Part shown: positions 47,700-61,630 of the stretch, in pieces
How positions within the stretch are numbered: position 1 is the stretch's first letter
Layout of the letters: the number at the start of each line of letters is the position of its first letter
NCBI GenBank assembly: GCA_010405405.1
Contig: MU004238.1
Span: 1,127,530 to 1,191,529, forward strand
Length of the DNA: 64,000 nt
Source: Microthyrium microscopicum
Lineage: Eukaryota
Direction of reading: 5' to 3'
The notes under the pieces: model-generated
Database searches by the model: none
Seen by the model: only the letters and a program-made list of their open reading frames with translations
What the model was told of the DNA's origin: nothing
Made by a program: the position numbers and the translations under genes

Positions 47700-50600
47700 T
47701 CACTCTCTCGCTCGTGCTCGTGCTTCCACCACAGCCTTCCATCGATCCAGCACTTCCTTGCGAATCCATTTGAAATCCGCGCGACCCTCCATCGCCTGTG
47801 CGTCCGCCCAACGTAGCAATATGCGCAAGTTCCACAGACGATCGCGCTCCCACCCGGACTCCGCCGTCTGGTTTAGTAGTAGTCGCTCATCCACAGCACT
47901 ACCACGCATATCCAGCAGCGCATTACCGCACTCTTCACCGTGCTCAAACATGGCTAGATCAGCTGCCTCAAATTGGGCAAAAGCTGGTAGACGGAAGATC
48001 CAGTCGATGGATGAGGAACCCGCACGCGCCTCATTGAAGGCTAGCAGTGTGGACGTGAACACCGATGTGTGAGCCTCATGGGCAGGTCGGCGGCGCAATG
48101 GCAGAGTCTGTGTGGCACGAAAGGCAGCGAGATGGGCAGGATTGGCAGCAAAGTCGAGAGTGACGGGCCAGTACTCTGAACCGACGGTGGTGATTTTTGC
48201 GATGGTGTCAAGGCCGGGCAGGAGTTTTGGAGCGGTGATGCGCTGGACTTTGCCATCCTTTAAATGTATGTCGAGTTCGAGATTGAGGGCGCGGCTTGTA
48301 TCAATGTCGCGTGGGATGATGCAGCGTGCTTCTGCAGCAAGGGCCCAGAAGTGTCGGAAGGCTTGAAGATGGGCTTTGTTATCGGTCACGTCCATAGGAA
48401 AGACGGGATAGAATGCGGCAATGAGAGCTGCCGTTGCTAGATTGCTAGTGCCGAAGGTGTAGCAACCTGCGCCAAAGAATAGTGCGCCGATAGCCATGTG
48501 CCCTGCCATATGTGAACCATACGGAGTATCTGGATTGACACGACCGTGCAGAGATCGGAGTCTTCTAAAGACTTCTAAATCCCCAGTGCCAGCCATGACC
48601 GTGGCAGTGGAAAGAGCAACCAGATCTTGACAGTTCCGAACAGTATTTCTCGTGAGCTTGGAATCATATCTCAAGGCTGGGAGGCGACAGATTCGGATGA
48701 ACTGGTCTAGGTAGGAGATCAAAAAGTCTCGTACTTGTATATCTCCAGAGCCGGCATACTTGAGACTGATGCCCCACAGCAATCCAGCCAGGATATTGAA
48801 GAACGGCATATGATCACTAGTAAGGATTCGCACATTCTTAAGAGTGTGCTCCTTGGTGTACTCTCTAGGCAAGTTCTTGCTGATCCATTTGTAGTCAGGT
48901 TGAATGTCATCCCAGAGAATGAGATGCTTAGCAAGAGTTCTGAGGAGTAAGATATCCGGCCGGACAAAATCAAACTGCGGCACCGTGTCAGGGATGTCAA
49001 TCTTGCGCGCGACACCTTTATTTCCAGATTTCATGAAGATGAGCATGATTGCAATAACGGCTCCGGCGGTTGCTTGATCCATAAGATGGATAAGGTTTAC
49101 AGGTCGAGGACCAACGGCCACGGACAGCAAACGCTCAACAAGGCGAACATCGTGGAGACCTTTCAGATCAGCTCCTTGCCCAAGATTTATGAGGCCAAGG
49201 GCAAAGCCCGCAGCCAAACGATAGCTTTCATCCCTTACGGGCTCTGCAGAGCCACTGATATCCTCTGGATCGAGGTTTTCGATCTCTGAGAGCATAATTT
49301 CGCTCATACGTCGATGCTGCGAGTTGAAATAGAGCAGACCGATTCCCATCAGACCAGCTGTCTGTGTGAGAGGTGAAAGATTGAGCTCGGCCGCTCCAGG
49401 AGGCAGCATTCGTGTTACATGGACCGACAACAATCGAGTCACCAGCATATCCATCGTCCCAATATGAGACGCTGAGAGTCCCAATAGAAGACCAATTGAT
49501 GTCATCGTGTGCTTTGGAGTTAGGTACTTGAAGGCGAGCCATTTGGCCATGGATCTAAGATGGCCATTCAATCCTAGAGCAAGCAAAAAGCCGGCATGGC
49601 GATTGTTGAGCTCAGCTGGTCGATTGAATACGATCCAGGAAGAGTCGATTCCAGCGGCATGTTTTGCAACGCTCAGTCCTGCAGCTGAACCAGAATGGAA
49701 CCAGGCCCAAGAATACTTGTCTTCGGTAAACAGAGACCTGTCCACTGAGACGGTATTGTTCATCGGCTTCATGACACACAATGTATTGTACCCAGGGATA
49801 TTAAACTTTTCCGAGAGTAGAGGAACTCGGCTATCGAAATGCGCGAACCCAAGGCCAGGAGCGAGTGCAAAAGTTCTTGTCATGACCCAGCTATGGACTT
49901 CTCTTTGAGCCTCCAGAACCTGAGCTTCAGACCAGCTTGGCTCCGGAATACATTCAGCAACAGCGATTCTATACGGCTCAATCATGTGAATGGCCTCGGA
50001 TAATCTTTGATCCTGATTGAAGATGAGACGACAGGTTGCCATGCGTTCTGTGTTTGGCAGTGAAATCATGGAATCTGGCTGCTCTGTTGATTGCGTGATA
50101 CTATGAATATCTCTGACACCTTCCAATTGATTTGTCTAATTCATGTTAGCTGCTGCTTTGCAAATGAATATTTGTAAGCATTCACCTTCGAAATAGAGCC
50201 CTCCAACCATGAGGGTTGTTCTGAATCAAGAAGTAGTCTCAAGTCTTCACGAGACACGTAGGACAGTAAGTCAGCAGTCCAAGTTGTAGGAGGCTGCGAC
50301 TGTGACTGAACGATAGATTCCTTGAGCAAAGCAAGAGTGGACTCATTCAAAGTCTCCAGCATTCGAGCGTTGATTCCAGCTTCATGCATTATCTTCACAC
50401 GGTCATTACAGTCAAGTTGAGCCTGTTGTGCCCGGGAAAAGAAACTTGATAATGCAGAAAGCCGGGGTGTAAACTGTCGAGCAAAGTGCTTTACTATCTC
50501 GGAAGCATTTGCTGGTAGCAAGCTCTCTAAGGTAGGAAAAGAAGTAAATCTTTTTGAGCATGAATTGCGCTCTACCCATTGTAGTGCTGATGGAGGCATC

Positions 50601-53600
50601 TCAAAGCCTTCAGGTGGCGATGGTGGGTCCTGGAGTAGAGTAGCTATGCTGAATTAGCAAAGTAAAAGTATAGAACTAACAGGGAGCGCGAGAAACTTAC
50701 AATCTTCGAAAATGAAATTGCTACTCGTAGTTTCCAAACAGTAGAATTTACCGGACTTCCAATCCCAGTCTGGCCAACCCAACCAACGACCTATCTGAGC
50801 CAAGATGGGAGCGAGTCCAGTCATCTCATCACTTTCCGATTGCCGATCCGAACTATGAAGCTTTTGTTCTTCACGCAGTAGATGGAGAGCAACCAGAAGC
50901 TGAGGAAGCGCAGAAACAACGGCATGTCTATGTTTTCGTATTGATTCAATCGTATCCTTCGATGCGGCAGATCGGACCAGATTCCGAGCGCTCAGTATGT
51001 GACTACTAATGATACTTTCGCGTGCTTTTCTACTGGGAGATAGAGGTACGCCTTGCTGGGGACTAGCGGACATTGGATTCACACTGCTTTTAAAGACATG
51101 GGCCCAAGCCCAAGCACCATGTGACCGATTTGCGGGTTTGTTCCAAGAGGATTCGAGCTTTTTCATAATCGAAATGCTGCTGGAAGAATCGGACTCAAAT
51201 ACAGCAGTGTTACGTCGTTGAGCACGCTTAGATCTTCCACTATCCTCACAAGCCAGGCACAGAGCGAGCAAGGCTGTTAATAGCCCGTTCCACTCTCGCT
51301 GCGCTGGCTGCTGGTTCACCAGGTCTCGATTCCACCACAGACGCAGAACCATCTCACCGATATGTAAAGGTAGGGCGAAGAAACAAATGTCTAGCACTTT
51401 TGAGGTATTGGAGCTCTTTGGCCACAAGTCCAAAGATATCTGGTGGTTGTGACCATCACCAGATAGGACGTCCACAGTGGAATACAAGCCAGCAGAATGA
51501 AGGCCGCATAGTATTTTAGGATTTGTGGTTGTACGCTTCTTGCCTATGCCTCGAGGCGATGCAGAGACTGTACTCACGTCGTGGGGATTGAATATTCGGA
51601 GTCGTTTCAAGGGAATCTGGATGGTGATTTCTTGAGACCATGGACTGAACACGGCTATGCTGGAATTTCCACTTGGACCTTCTTTCAATAGAAGAATTCT
51701 TTTCTCGTCGTGATCGCGAATGTTTATTATGTCTGAAACGTTTTTAAGTCGAACAGGGTCAGAAAAGATGGGAATTGGCATGGTTTTGGATTGTCGATCT
51801 TCTTGGAGGCTTGAAGCTAGAATGGGATGGAGTGTCTTCGATTTTACCCGAAACTCGACCTGTATGCAGTCTTTCAAGTGCTTATCAAAAATGATGAGAT
51901 AAAATCGGCGACCGTAAGAGCTTCGTTCATCACCGTTGACAGGAGAAGTTATAGTGAACACTCTAGGTGGATTACGACTATCAGATGCGTTGCTCAAATC
52001 GCTAAAAGTTCCTCTGGCTGATCGCTGTAAGGATACGGCGGATGAAGGAGCTCGTATCTCAGAGAATTTGCGTAAGACTAGTCCCCAGCCTAGGCCATCC
52101 AAAGGGTGGTAGAAGTCGAGATCGTCCATGTCCTCAATGTCATCGGCCATCTCGGCGTAGTGTTCAAAGTCATCGAGTGTGGTGGACGCTTGGGAGCCAT
52201 TCCATGCCGTGTTCATGCCAAGCTCTGAGAAGTCTTCAATGCTAAGCCGCGAGAAAGAGCCTGGCGTTGAAGCGCGTAATCGTCGAATAGAGCCAGCGCC
52301 AAAACTTGGTCTCTCTACTCCGGCTCCAAGAGACTGGCCTCTTCTACCTCCAGGCCCAAAGCTAGTTGCTCCACTCTGGCTGGCCAAATCTTGAAAGGCT
52401 GATCGATCAAAGCTTGCATTGAGATCTGCCCGGATCATTGAGCTCACTCGCCTAGATTCTCGTTTATTGTGTCTTGCCTCGAAATCTGGGTCGACTTGTG
52501 AAGCCAGTGCATCCTCAGCTGCCTTGACAGATTGCGGATCCTTCTTCTTCCTCTTTGACTTTTTGATTGAGCCAGCAGCGGCCTTGCTTCGTGCTGCGCC
52601 CATGCTCTCTCGTAGTGCGTCGCGAGATCGAGCAACCGGAGTTGTGTCCCCAGTGGGAGTCACATGAGAACTGCGTCGACGAGATTTTGCCCCGATTGTG
52701 GGTATACTACCTCCAGTCCGAGGGTTCGACAGTGGCTTAGAACCTAAATATGATGCGTTCCATAGGGTATAGACTCCTCGTTCATGATTCAAGGTCACTA
52801 CTAACAGCAATGGCTCAGATGCGAAGGAGTCTCTTGGGAGCTCGTTGACAGGCGAGACGTAGATAATTTCTTCATCAACATCGAGCGCTATAAACGGTTT
52901 TGCTGTCTGTAGCCGCTTTTGACGTGCGGGGCTTGGCCCGACTGATTGTCCTAGAAGTGACAATTCTGAAAGCGGGCTGGTGAGAGAGTAATGTCTCGGC
53001 ATGCCTCGTTCCGTAGGAGCAGCGGCAGATTTGAAAAGATCAAAGTCAATACCAGGGAATTCGTCTACAGAAGCGGAGGAAAAAGAAGCCTGTGAGGGTG
53101 GAACAAGAAATGTATTCTGAGGAACAGATGGCGCCATAGCAGAATTTTGAAGATTGGAGATGGGAACCAGTAGTTTACGTTGCAATATCAAGCCTCTAGG
53201 GGTAGGAAAGGCTCGTTCAACCTCAAATGGGATGTTGACAACATGGCTTGCTCCCGTGAGAAAGAAAATATGAGCTTGGTACTTGAGAAATACCACCAGG
53301 GCACGCGCAGAATCATTTCGAAGAGCATTGTCGTTCTTTTGAGTAGGTGAGTCTGGATCGCTCACTCGTCTTCTTTTGTTTGGGGAAGAGGCGAACGTGT
53401 CGTATGAATTCGGAGTACTCTGATCTTCATGGTCTGGAAACCAGGCTAGCGTAGCCTGATGAACGTCTTCTAGCTCGATTTCAAAGCTGAAAAGCTTGCG
53501 GACAACGCGACCACGAGACCAAACAACGCAGTCCTTGGTGCACAAGACTTCTTCTTCGACTCCAGCATCGGTGAACAGCTCCCAAGAGTACAAGTCAGGA

Positions 53601-53686
53601 TTGGCATTTTCGGGCAGAATAGATTCTCCAATCAGGTAGTCTAGAGCCGAAGGTTTGTGAATTCCAAGGGAGTGAGTTGGAGCCAT
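47700..53686 (-). CDS. APC1: Anaphase-promoting complex subunit 1 (BimE/Apc1)
   Basis: Start MAPTHSLGIHKP; introns 50644..50700 and 50136..50185. PC-repeat region motifs FHSGSAAGL, HAGFLLALGLNGHL, YRLAAGFALGLINLG, YGSHMAGHMAIGALF and HLQAFRHFWALA. Confidence 0.95.
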
Positions 53687-54058
53687 GATGAATTGACAGG
53701 CCAGAACGAGTTGAAAGCACCCAAAAACATAGTGATCACTGCAGTCATGGCGTGTATCAAAAGTGCAAAGTGCAAGCAATTGATAGAACGCGAGGAAGGC
53801 ACGTTGGGTTCGCGTTGGCACGTGATTCTGAGCACTTGAGCCAATCGGAGATCGAAGATGCCTGGCCATAGAAGCGAGCCTGTGAGCCTGAGCTTGCATG
53901 TGAGGTCGAAAAGTACCAAAGATGCGGTCCATCTACAACATCCAACTCAACACCAAGACAAGACAAGACACTATACATGTTACCATCGTCTAGTCTTTTG
54001 CTTCCTGACACCCTGCACTCCTTTCTCTTGAGTAACAGAACAACCTCACAACCCCGTC
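53687..54058. promoter_or_regulatory. Short divergent (probably bidirectional) promoter between APC1 and the Nup37-like gene
   Basis: Only ~370 bp separates the two inferred head-to-head ATGs. Confidence 0.55.
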
Positions 54059-55791
54059 ATGGCCCAGCTAAGCGCGTATGCCGTCCACAATGCCATTTAA
54101 GAGCTTGCTGTACTAATGCTGCCTTTAGTATCGAGAGCTCTAGTCGCGTACGCACCGCTGTCGCCTACCCCATCAAGCAATTCAATGTTGCTCCGGTCAT
54201 TCTGGCAACCGAATTCGGCCTAACGGTACACTGGAATTCTACCAGTCAGAATCCAGCCTCAAGCACTCAGCATACGCCAGTGCAATGTTCGATTGGCACA
54301 CCGATATTGGACATTGCAGTACCTCATATAAGCCCAGTAGAAGACCCGGCCTTCATCCCCTCAGTATTCAAGGATAGTCTTTTCGTCGCTGCTGCCTGTG
54401 CAGACTCTACGATCAAAATCATAACTATTCCTTACACGGCCGATACAACAAATGTACAAGCCAAGATAATATCAGAGTTCCACAATCAACATGGCATCGC
54501 AGATCTCATAACGTTGACTTGGTCCTTGGAATCTGATGACGATACTGCCGGCGCGCCGAGCACAGATTCTGAGTCGTCTGATGTACAAATTCTCATCGCA
54601 TCTACTTCCAAGAACACTCCATCATATCTATGGTTCCACCAGATGATGGTCGGAAAGCAGACTGTAAAAGTCGTTTCGAAGCCTCGATTGCCAAGATCCA
54701 TCTTACTTCCAAGCGCGCCAATAAGAATTTCCTTTAGCACCGCATCTTACACGACTGGACGAAACGAACAAATACTCATTGCATGTGGAAACGGCATGGC
54801 CTACGTATACGATCCCTTCTATGAAGCCATTGAAGGAAAGCCTCTTAACCCAGACCAAGATATCGGGCCGGACAATCCTGTGCGCATACGTTGGGTTGGA
54901 CGTTGGCTTGGATCTTTCTCTAGCCGATTTACGCACAGGGAAGACGAGGTTGAAATAGCTCCTGGCCTAACTACGCGTAAACGACTTTTGGATGCCAAGT
55001 GGGCAATCGATAGCACTGCCATCGTGGCCATACTCGCTGATGGTGAATGGGGTGTCTGGGATGTCGACGGATCGCGCTCTACAAGCAAAACTTCTAGTGG
55101 GAGCTCATTTGCTTTGTGGGGAATGCTTGGATCTGGAATCCCTTCGCATATTTCCCGGCCTCAGGAGACAAGAAAGTCATTGGAGCCGTCTACCTTTCTC
55201 CCGACCATGACACCAAACACTCGCCGATTCAAGGCTGAATCACTATTCAGTGGCCACATGACTTCCACTAGCTCACACTCCTATGGTGGTCTGATAGTAG
55301 CAGAACAGCCGCTACCATCGGCAGATAATGTCGAGGACATTGTCTATTTTTGGTTTAACGACACTATTTGCTATCTGGATTCTCTCCAAGCTTACTGGGC
55401 AAGAGCAGCGAAACGATCAGAAGACTCGAAGCTCGGCGCAGGTTCACTCTTTGGGCCGGCGCTCACTCGAATCAATGGTGTTGATGTCTGTGGGATGCGT
55501 ATTGCCGCAGTATCTCAGCTCCCAGTGGACGCTGATCAAGCAGAAACTTCCCGAACGGTAGCCATTGCTACTGATCATCGTCTCCAATTTGTGTCGAGAA
55601 CGCCCCCTCGTGTGGCTGGTTCATTGATCAAGACTCTGCCTGAGCGTATCCGCCCAGTGTCTAACGAGGCGCAAAACAGTCTTTTTGGCCAATCTGCGGA
55701 ACTGGATGTTGGAGCTATGGATGCGATACTGGACCAAATGGACGCGTCCTCCGGAGACCTGCAGATGACTGGAGCTCTTCCTGCCCCTTAG
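54059..55791 (+). CDS. WD40-like beta-propeller protein, probable fungal nucleoporin Nup37
   Basis: ATG 54059 and intron 54076..54128 are in frame with ORF 53977..55791. Motifs ILDIAVP, VAAACAD, GRWL, LLDAKWA..AIVAILADGEWGVWDV and PTMTPNTRR are recalled from filamentous-fungal Nup37-like proteins. Confidence 0.6.
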
Positions 55792-56412
55792 TCTGTTCTT
55801 TTTGCTTACTCTTGCGTTTCTTTGCAATATACCCCTGCGCGGTTTGATCATTTGATTCTTCTCCACGGCTTGATCTTGATTGTACTATTGTATACCTAAA
55901 AGTTGCACAAAAGGCTTCCTGTGCATGATACATATCATTGTATTCTCCGTTTGCACACTACATACAATGTAGATTTCAACATACTTATCCCCAAGTGAAA
56001 CATTTGCTTTGCTCTCATGACAAAAGCACCCAGTCCGCGCCGCAAGGTGGAGTAGAAGACAAGCTTTTCTTTATGCTCAGTATTCGGCGCGGAAGATTAA
56101 TTAGAGTTCTCGGTCCCTCGTCGCAAGACTGGATCATATATCAAAATGGAGACTCGCAGCATTACCCTCACTTGATTGTCCATTCGACTAGAATGAAGAC
56201 AGGATGACAGTCAGGGCCAGTTGGGAAGCTACTTCTCTTCTTCAACTGATGTAAATGCTGCTACATACTTCGCCTATCACTTGTACATCAGCAATACGCC
56301 ACTGACCAGTTGTCGTAATCCATATATTGTTGTTTTAATTCATAACGCTCTACAGAATCTCTATGTCGATCTCTACAATACAAAGTGCCCACAACAAGAT
56401 CTACAAAACCGC

Positions 56413-58419
56413 TCAAAGTTTGACCTGCCCAGCGCTCAGCATTTTATACTCCGCCTCGCCAAATTGACGATATGTCGACTCGCCCGGCGCCAACCAAAAC
56501 AGCATGTCACCATTCTCCGTCACCTTGCTCGGCTCCACACCCTGTTCTCGCAGCATATGTTTCTGTTGCTTGTTTGTGCCTGTGCGATTACTCGCCTGCT
56601 CATCTTTGAAGACCCGCAGGAACAGCGGCACCGCATACCGTGGCAGGTTCTTCTGTGCATGGCTCGCGAGCTCTTGTAAGGTGTGCGCATCTACTGCGCC
56701 TGACGCTTGGAACTTTGCCTGTTGCTCTGGACTTAGTACGACAGCTGCACAGCCTGCGCGCCCATCGTGGCCTGGTACAAGGACGCCGTAGACGTTGGTT
56801 TCTTCGAGGAGTTTGCTCTTTTGTCCGAGGACTTCGGCGACTTCAGCAGTGCTGACATTCTCGCTCTTCCAGCGGAATGTGTCGCCGATGCGATCGCAAA
56901 AGTACCAGCGGCCTTCGTGATCGCGGCGCAGCACATCGCCGGTGCTGAAATATGCGTCGCCCTTGACGAGAACGTTGCGTAGAACTTTGGAGGAGGTGGC
57001 GCCCTTGTTCTTATAGTAGCCTTGGAAGTTCTTTTCAATGTCCGTTTCGTCGAGCTTGAAGAGCAGCTCACCGGGGCTATTGGGCTTGGATTTCGTGCAG
57101 AAGCCTTGGGCATTGCGGACAGGCTTATTTTCGTCAAAGTCCATATCGACTACGACGGAGGTGCCGCCGAGTAGTGTGCCAATGACTGCGCCGCTCACAC
57201 CGACGGATCCTTCGCTGAAGGAGTTGTTGCTGAGATTGAATAGTGCTGAGGGACCTTCGGTGGCGGCGTAGAATTCGGCGACGGTTTGGACACCAAAGCG
57301 CTCCTTGAAGGCTGGCCACACGTCGGGTCGTAGACCGTTTCCAAAAGCCATGCGCACGTTGTGGTTCTTGTCTTGGGCAGACGGTGGCAGCGACATGAGA
57401 TAGCGGCATGTTTCGCCCACATACTGTATCACTGTAGCTTTGCTAGCACGACAGTCGTCCCAGAAGCCCTGGCGGTGAAATTTGCGACCAATGCTGATCG
57501 CACACCCAGCTGCCAACACACCTCCTACTCCAAGCACTGCGGCGGACGAGTGATATAACGGCATACAAGTATAGAAAATGTCTTCAGGTGAAAGACCTAA
57601 CCATCGGCGGACGAGATCTGGCGAAACACCCACTTTGCCCCAACTAACGACTGCGGGTTTCGGTAGTCCTGTGGTTCCACTGGTATAGATCAGGATAGCC
57701 ATATTATTGAGCTTCTGACCACTCCGCGCCTCGTTAGGCTCGCGCTTGCCAATGATGTTGTCAATTTCGAGAGCAACGCTGGAAGTAAAAGGTAAGACTT
57801 GAAGAGCGCCGCCATCTTCACGGAAGTTTGCCGCTTGAAGGCCTGCCTTTGTCTCGTCGTCCAATGTTCCCCATACTTCGTCTTCCACAATCAAGATCGC
57901 CGTACCGCTTGCCTTGACAGAGTGCAGTAGCGGTGTACCCATCAAGTTGTAGTTGATAAAGGCAGGCTTTGCGCCTATTGACCATAGCCCGAACCAGAGC
58001 CAGATGAAAGTGTCGCTGTTCATGAAATCGATGGCAACGACATTGTTCTTCTGGATGCCGAATTTGGTCTTAAGCCATGTCCCATACCGCAGAACTCTCT
58101 CATAACTCTCCTTGTAGGTAAAGCTCTTGCCATTGTAGATAAGGAACACCCGGTCTGGTGATGTCTTTGCGTGCTCTTCGAATTTGTAGAAAAGGTTCAC
58201 GGCGTCTTTCTTTTCTCGAATGTTGCCAATGACTTGGGTGATTATGAAACTGTAGAGGTTTTTGAGATCGGATCCGAGTCTCCAACGACCATTGAGGTAT
58301 GCGAGGGCGGCGACCGACGCGGGTATCGAATACTGGAGGGGCACTGCTGCTACGAGGTTTAAGTTAGTGGTACTCTAGTATATGCGAACGAACCGACGGT
58401 TTGGGTGATGTCTGAACAT
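56413..58419 (-). CDS. Fatty acid transport protein / very-long-chain acyl-CoA synthetase (FATP, Fat1-like)
   Basis: ILIYTSGTTGLPKP AMP-binding motif, YVGETCRYL, GNGLRPDVW, EFYAATEG and DRIGDTFRWKSENVST FATP motif; ends QVKL. The first exon is inferred (ATG 58419 or 58449, intron 58350..58397) and is less certain. Confidence 0.92.
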
Positions 58420-58980
58420 ATAAGAGCACATATAGCATTTCTGTAGCATTTCTGAGAGATGTCTCAGACGACAAGCTGAACTATCTCGCAGTGTACTACT
58501 TTGGTTGTTTCCGGGCGTTCCGCCTCTCAGCCTGACAGGTGGGATTGAAGTTTGGAGGTGGCGCTTCTGACTTACCAGCCATGTTGATAGCTCAGGTGGT
58601 TGTGCTGGGGACAGTTTACAACCTTGAACTGACGATACTCAGAGAAACTGACAATCGAGGGGAACAGGAAGGTGCGGTGAGGGTCGGAGGAGTTTCCGCA
58701 CGAAGCAGACCTCCTTGCAGGCCCAGCTTTCGAGCAGTCAAAGTAGAGGGCGAAAGATAGAAAGTTGAGCCGCACCTCAAATACGAGCCGAGGCACTTGT
58801 CATCATCTAGAACAAATATGGAAATTGGTGCAAGGGAGGCCGAACCGAAGGATGCACGACTTATGCAGGTGCTGCCATGGAAAATATACTAGGGAGCCAA
58901 TGTCAAAAGATAGTTGTGGTTGTTTGTGTTCAGTCGTCGAAGAGTTTGAAGGTGTTTACATCTCAACTTTAAAAAAGTGA

Positions 58981-60296
58981 CTATTCGTCTAGTGGCAGCG
59001 TCGCGACTTCCTTCTTGAGCCAGCTCGATGCCTTGTCCAACCCCGCTTTAAGATCCTCTGTTTCACAAACATAGCCGATTCGCACGAAACCTTTAAACTC
59101 CGGTCCAAATGAGTGGCTCCCTGGAACCCACAGCACCTTTTCTTCCTCCACCAGCCGTCGACAAAGCGTCTCCGAATTCAATGGCTTTGAGTCGCGCTTA
59201 AACCTGATGAACGCTGTTGTGCCCGCCACGGGCTTCACGTAGTCGCAGAACTCGCGATGATCGCTTACCCACTTGTCCAGAATTTCGAGATTGTTCTTGG
59301 CCAGCTTGATATTACGTCCAATCAATGCGTGGATCGTGTGTGCTGCTAGAGCATAAGAGGCCACCGCTGAGTCGAGCTGACTGACTGATATCGTCGTGTA
59401 GTGGCGCGCGTTCATGATGCGCGCGATCATCTCTGGGCTTCGGGATGCAATCCAGCCAGTTCGGATTCCGGCTAGGGAGTATGCTTTGGAGAGAGATCCT
59501 ACTGCGATTGTGTTGTTATAGCCTAGTGACAGGATTGAAGGTGGAAACTCCTTGTCCATAGGTCCAATGCCATGAAATATGGGCCGGTACACTTCGTCGC
59601 TCATGACGGTGATATTGTGAGCTGATGCAATGGCAACCAGCTTTTCTAGGTTGGACTTGGTCACGACAGCTCCTGTTGGATTCTGTGGGTTGCTACAACA
59701 TGTTAGCCACGTCAAGCTTGTAGTCTTCGGATAAATGCTTACTTGATGACAATCAGCTTGGTGTTTTTCTTGATCATCTTCTCCAGCTCATCAATGTCAA
59801 GCGACCAATTCTTCTCTGGACTTGTTTTCCAAAGATCCACTTCTGCTCCTAGAGATCTTGGGGTATCGAAGAGCTGCTGATAGGTTGGATAGTGACATAT
59901 TACATGATCTCCTGGTCCGACAAGGCTGTAGAAGATCAAGTGATTTGCCATGATAGCACCAGGAGTTATCAATATGTTCTCTGCTGGTAGTGGTGTGCTA
60001 GTCTTGCTAGAATACAAGTTGGCAAGATTGGTTCGGAGACTTTTGAGGCCAGGAATTTCGCCGTATGTCATCTTTGCAGAATGAGAAAGCAATGATAGTC
60101 CCTTGACCTCTGACAATGCCTGAAGGTCGTCGAGTGAGATAGAAGCGCAACATGTCTCCGCGAGGTTGTGTGTTGATTTGGTCTCATAGTCATCCATCCA
60201 CTAATGCAGGTCAGGTTCTGATACATAGTAGAATAAGCAATGGATGGTTATTGTAAAGCTTACCCGTTCAACAGCAAAGTGCTCGAATTTAACCAT
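58981..60296 (-). CDS. PLP-dependent aminotransferase class I/II
   Basis: MVKFEHFAVERWMDDYE..LAETC; introns 60201..60263 and 59693..59742. NNPQNPTG, SDEVYRP, SLSKAYSLAGIRTGW (PLP lysine) and VRIGY. Confidence 0.92.
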
Positions 60297-60876
60297 AGTC
60301 AGTGAACTGCCAACGAAATGTAATACGATTGGAATTTGCGAAATCTCCTTGGTTGAATAAGCAGCACTTATATAATGGTTATGTACTCCTTGGCGACTTG
60401 ATAGGGCGTACTGCTAGTCCTACTTGAGAAATGGCAGTATGTAAAAAGGAATCGTTCAGTTTGCTTTTACTGTAGGCGTCAAGAGCTGGAGTAAAGAGTT
60501 ACAACTACCTGTGTATCAGCGCGTGTCAGAGCCGGTTCCGCGATATGCAGTTGGCGGCCAGAAGGAGCACGTTAAGCTTCTGCCGCTAGCTGAAAGAGGA
60601 AGTAGTCATTACTCAAACAGGAAGGATGTCTGCTGGGAAGAGTGGGGCAGGGATCTCAAATGTCTAGAGTTCAAGGCCTCGGCGAATAGAGGGCAATCGG
60701 TCACCACATTCAAACATGGCAATTTGTCCGAGTTGAGGTTTATCGACTAGAGCTAGGATGCTTCTGGCTTCGTTTCTATGTCCATACTACAAACATTTCG
60801 TCCTTCTATCTTGGACGCCACCAGACGACCTATTAGTGCGCGCATTCGACCTTCACCCTTCCACTTCTCATCCACA

Positions 60877-61443
60877 ATGGCGCTCTCCGAGATCAAGGCG
60901 CGGAGGAGGAGCGATTACAAATTTCAACTAGAATACCGAACACGATGGTAATAGATTTCGATATTCAATATATGTCTAGGATGGGAACTGACAGCATAAA
61001 GGTCGGATAACGACATGTACGACCACATGAACAACTCGATTTACTATTTTCTGTATGCGCTCTCCCAACATACACACGGTTCTGACGCTAACAAAGGCAG
61101 TTTCGACTCAGTAGTAAACACATATCTCATAAACCACTGCAAGCTAGACCCGCCAACGTCCACACAAGTCGGCCTCGTTGTACACTCGCACTGCGATTAT
61201 CTAGCTCCGACCGGATTCCCGGCAATCGTTGATTTGGCGTTACGGGTCAATAAATTAGGGAAGAGTAGTGTCACATATGAAATTGGTGTATTTGAAAGAG
61301 GCACAGAGGAACCGAAAGCTGTGGGCGAATTCATTCACGTATTCGTTGAGAGGGAATCTATGAAGCCTGGGACAACGGGTATGAAGGAAGATCTTAGGAC
61401 TGGACTGGCGGCAATACAAAGTAGTGGAAAGGCAAAGTTATAG
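60877..61443 (+). CDS. Hot-dog fold acyl-CoA thioesterase (4HBT-like) with PTS1
   Basis: Introns 60948..61001 and 61053..61100. YRTRWSDNDMYDHMNNSIY, LRVNKLGKSSVTYE and HVFV; C-terminus AKL. Confidence 0.9.
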
Positions 61444-61630
61444 TAATATCAATTGCAGAAGTAAAAGAGGCTTCAAATGTGCCGTCTTATGGATAACAGT
61501 ACAAAATAGAGGAACCCAATGCAAAAAGGTTGAAATCAGGCCACCCGGTTGGCCCCCAAAAACCCCAAGAGACGCCTGTCATGTAATTATGTTGCTCAAG
61601 TACGCTCGTACAGGCATATCGGTCTCCTCT

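Noticed and set aside
53687..53932. N-terminal ORF extension of APC1 (also the CorA extension 16540..16740 and MEIOB-like extension 9351..9497)
   Set aside because: The extensions read as non-coding leader or promoter sequence; family-like sequence begins at the downstream ATGs.
58960..58983. Stop-codon readthrough giving a cryptic PTS1 on the aminotransferase
   Set aside because: The stop is TAG TCA rather than the TGA CTA readthrough context, and the extension (SLFKVEM*) has no PTS1.
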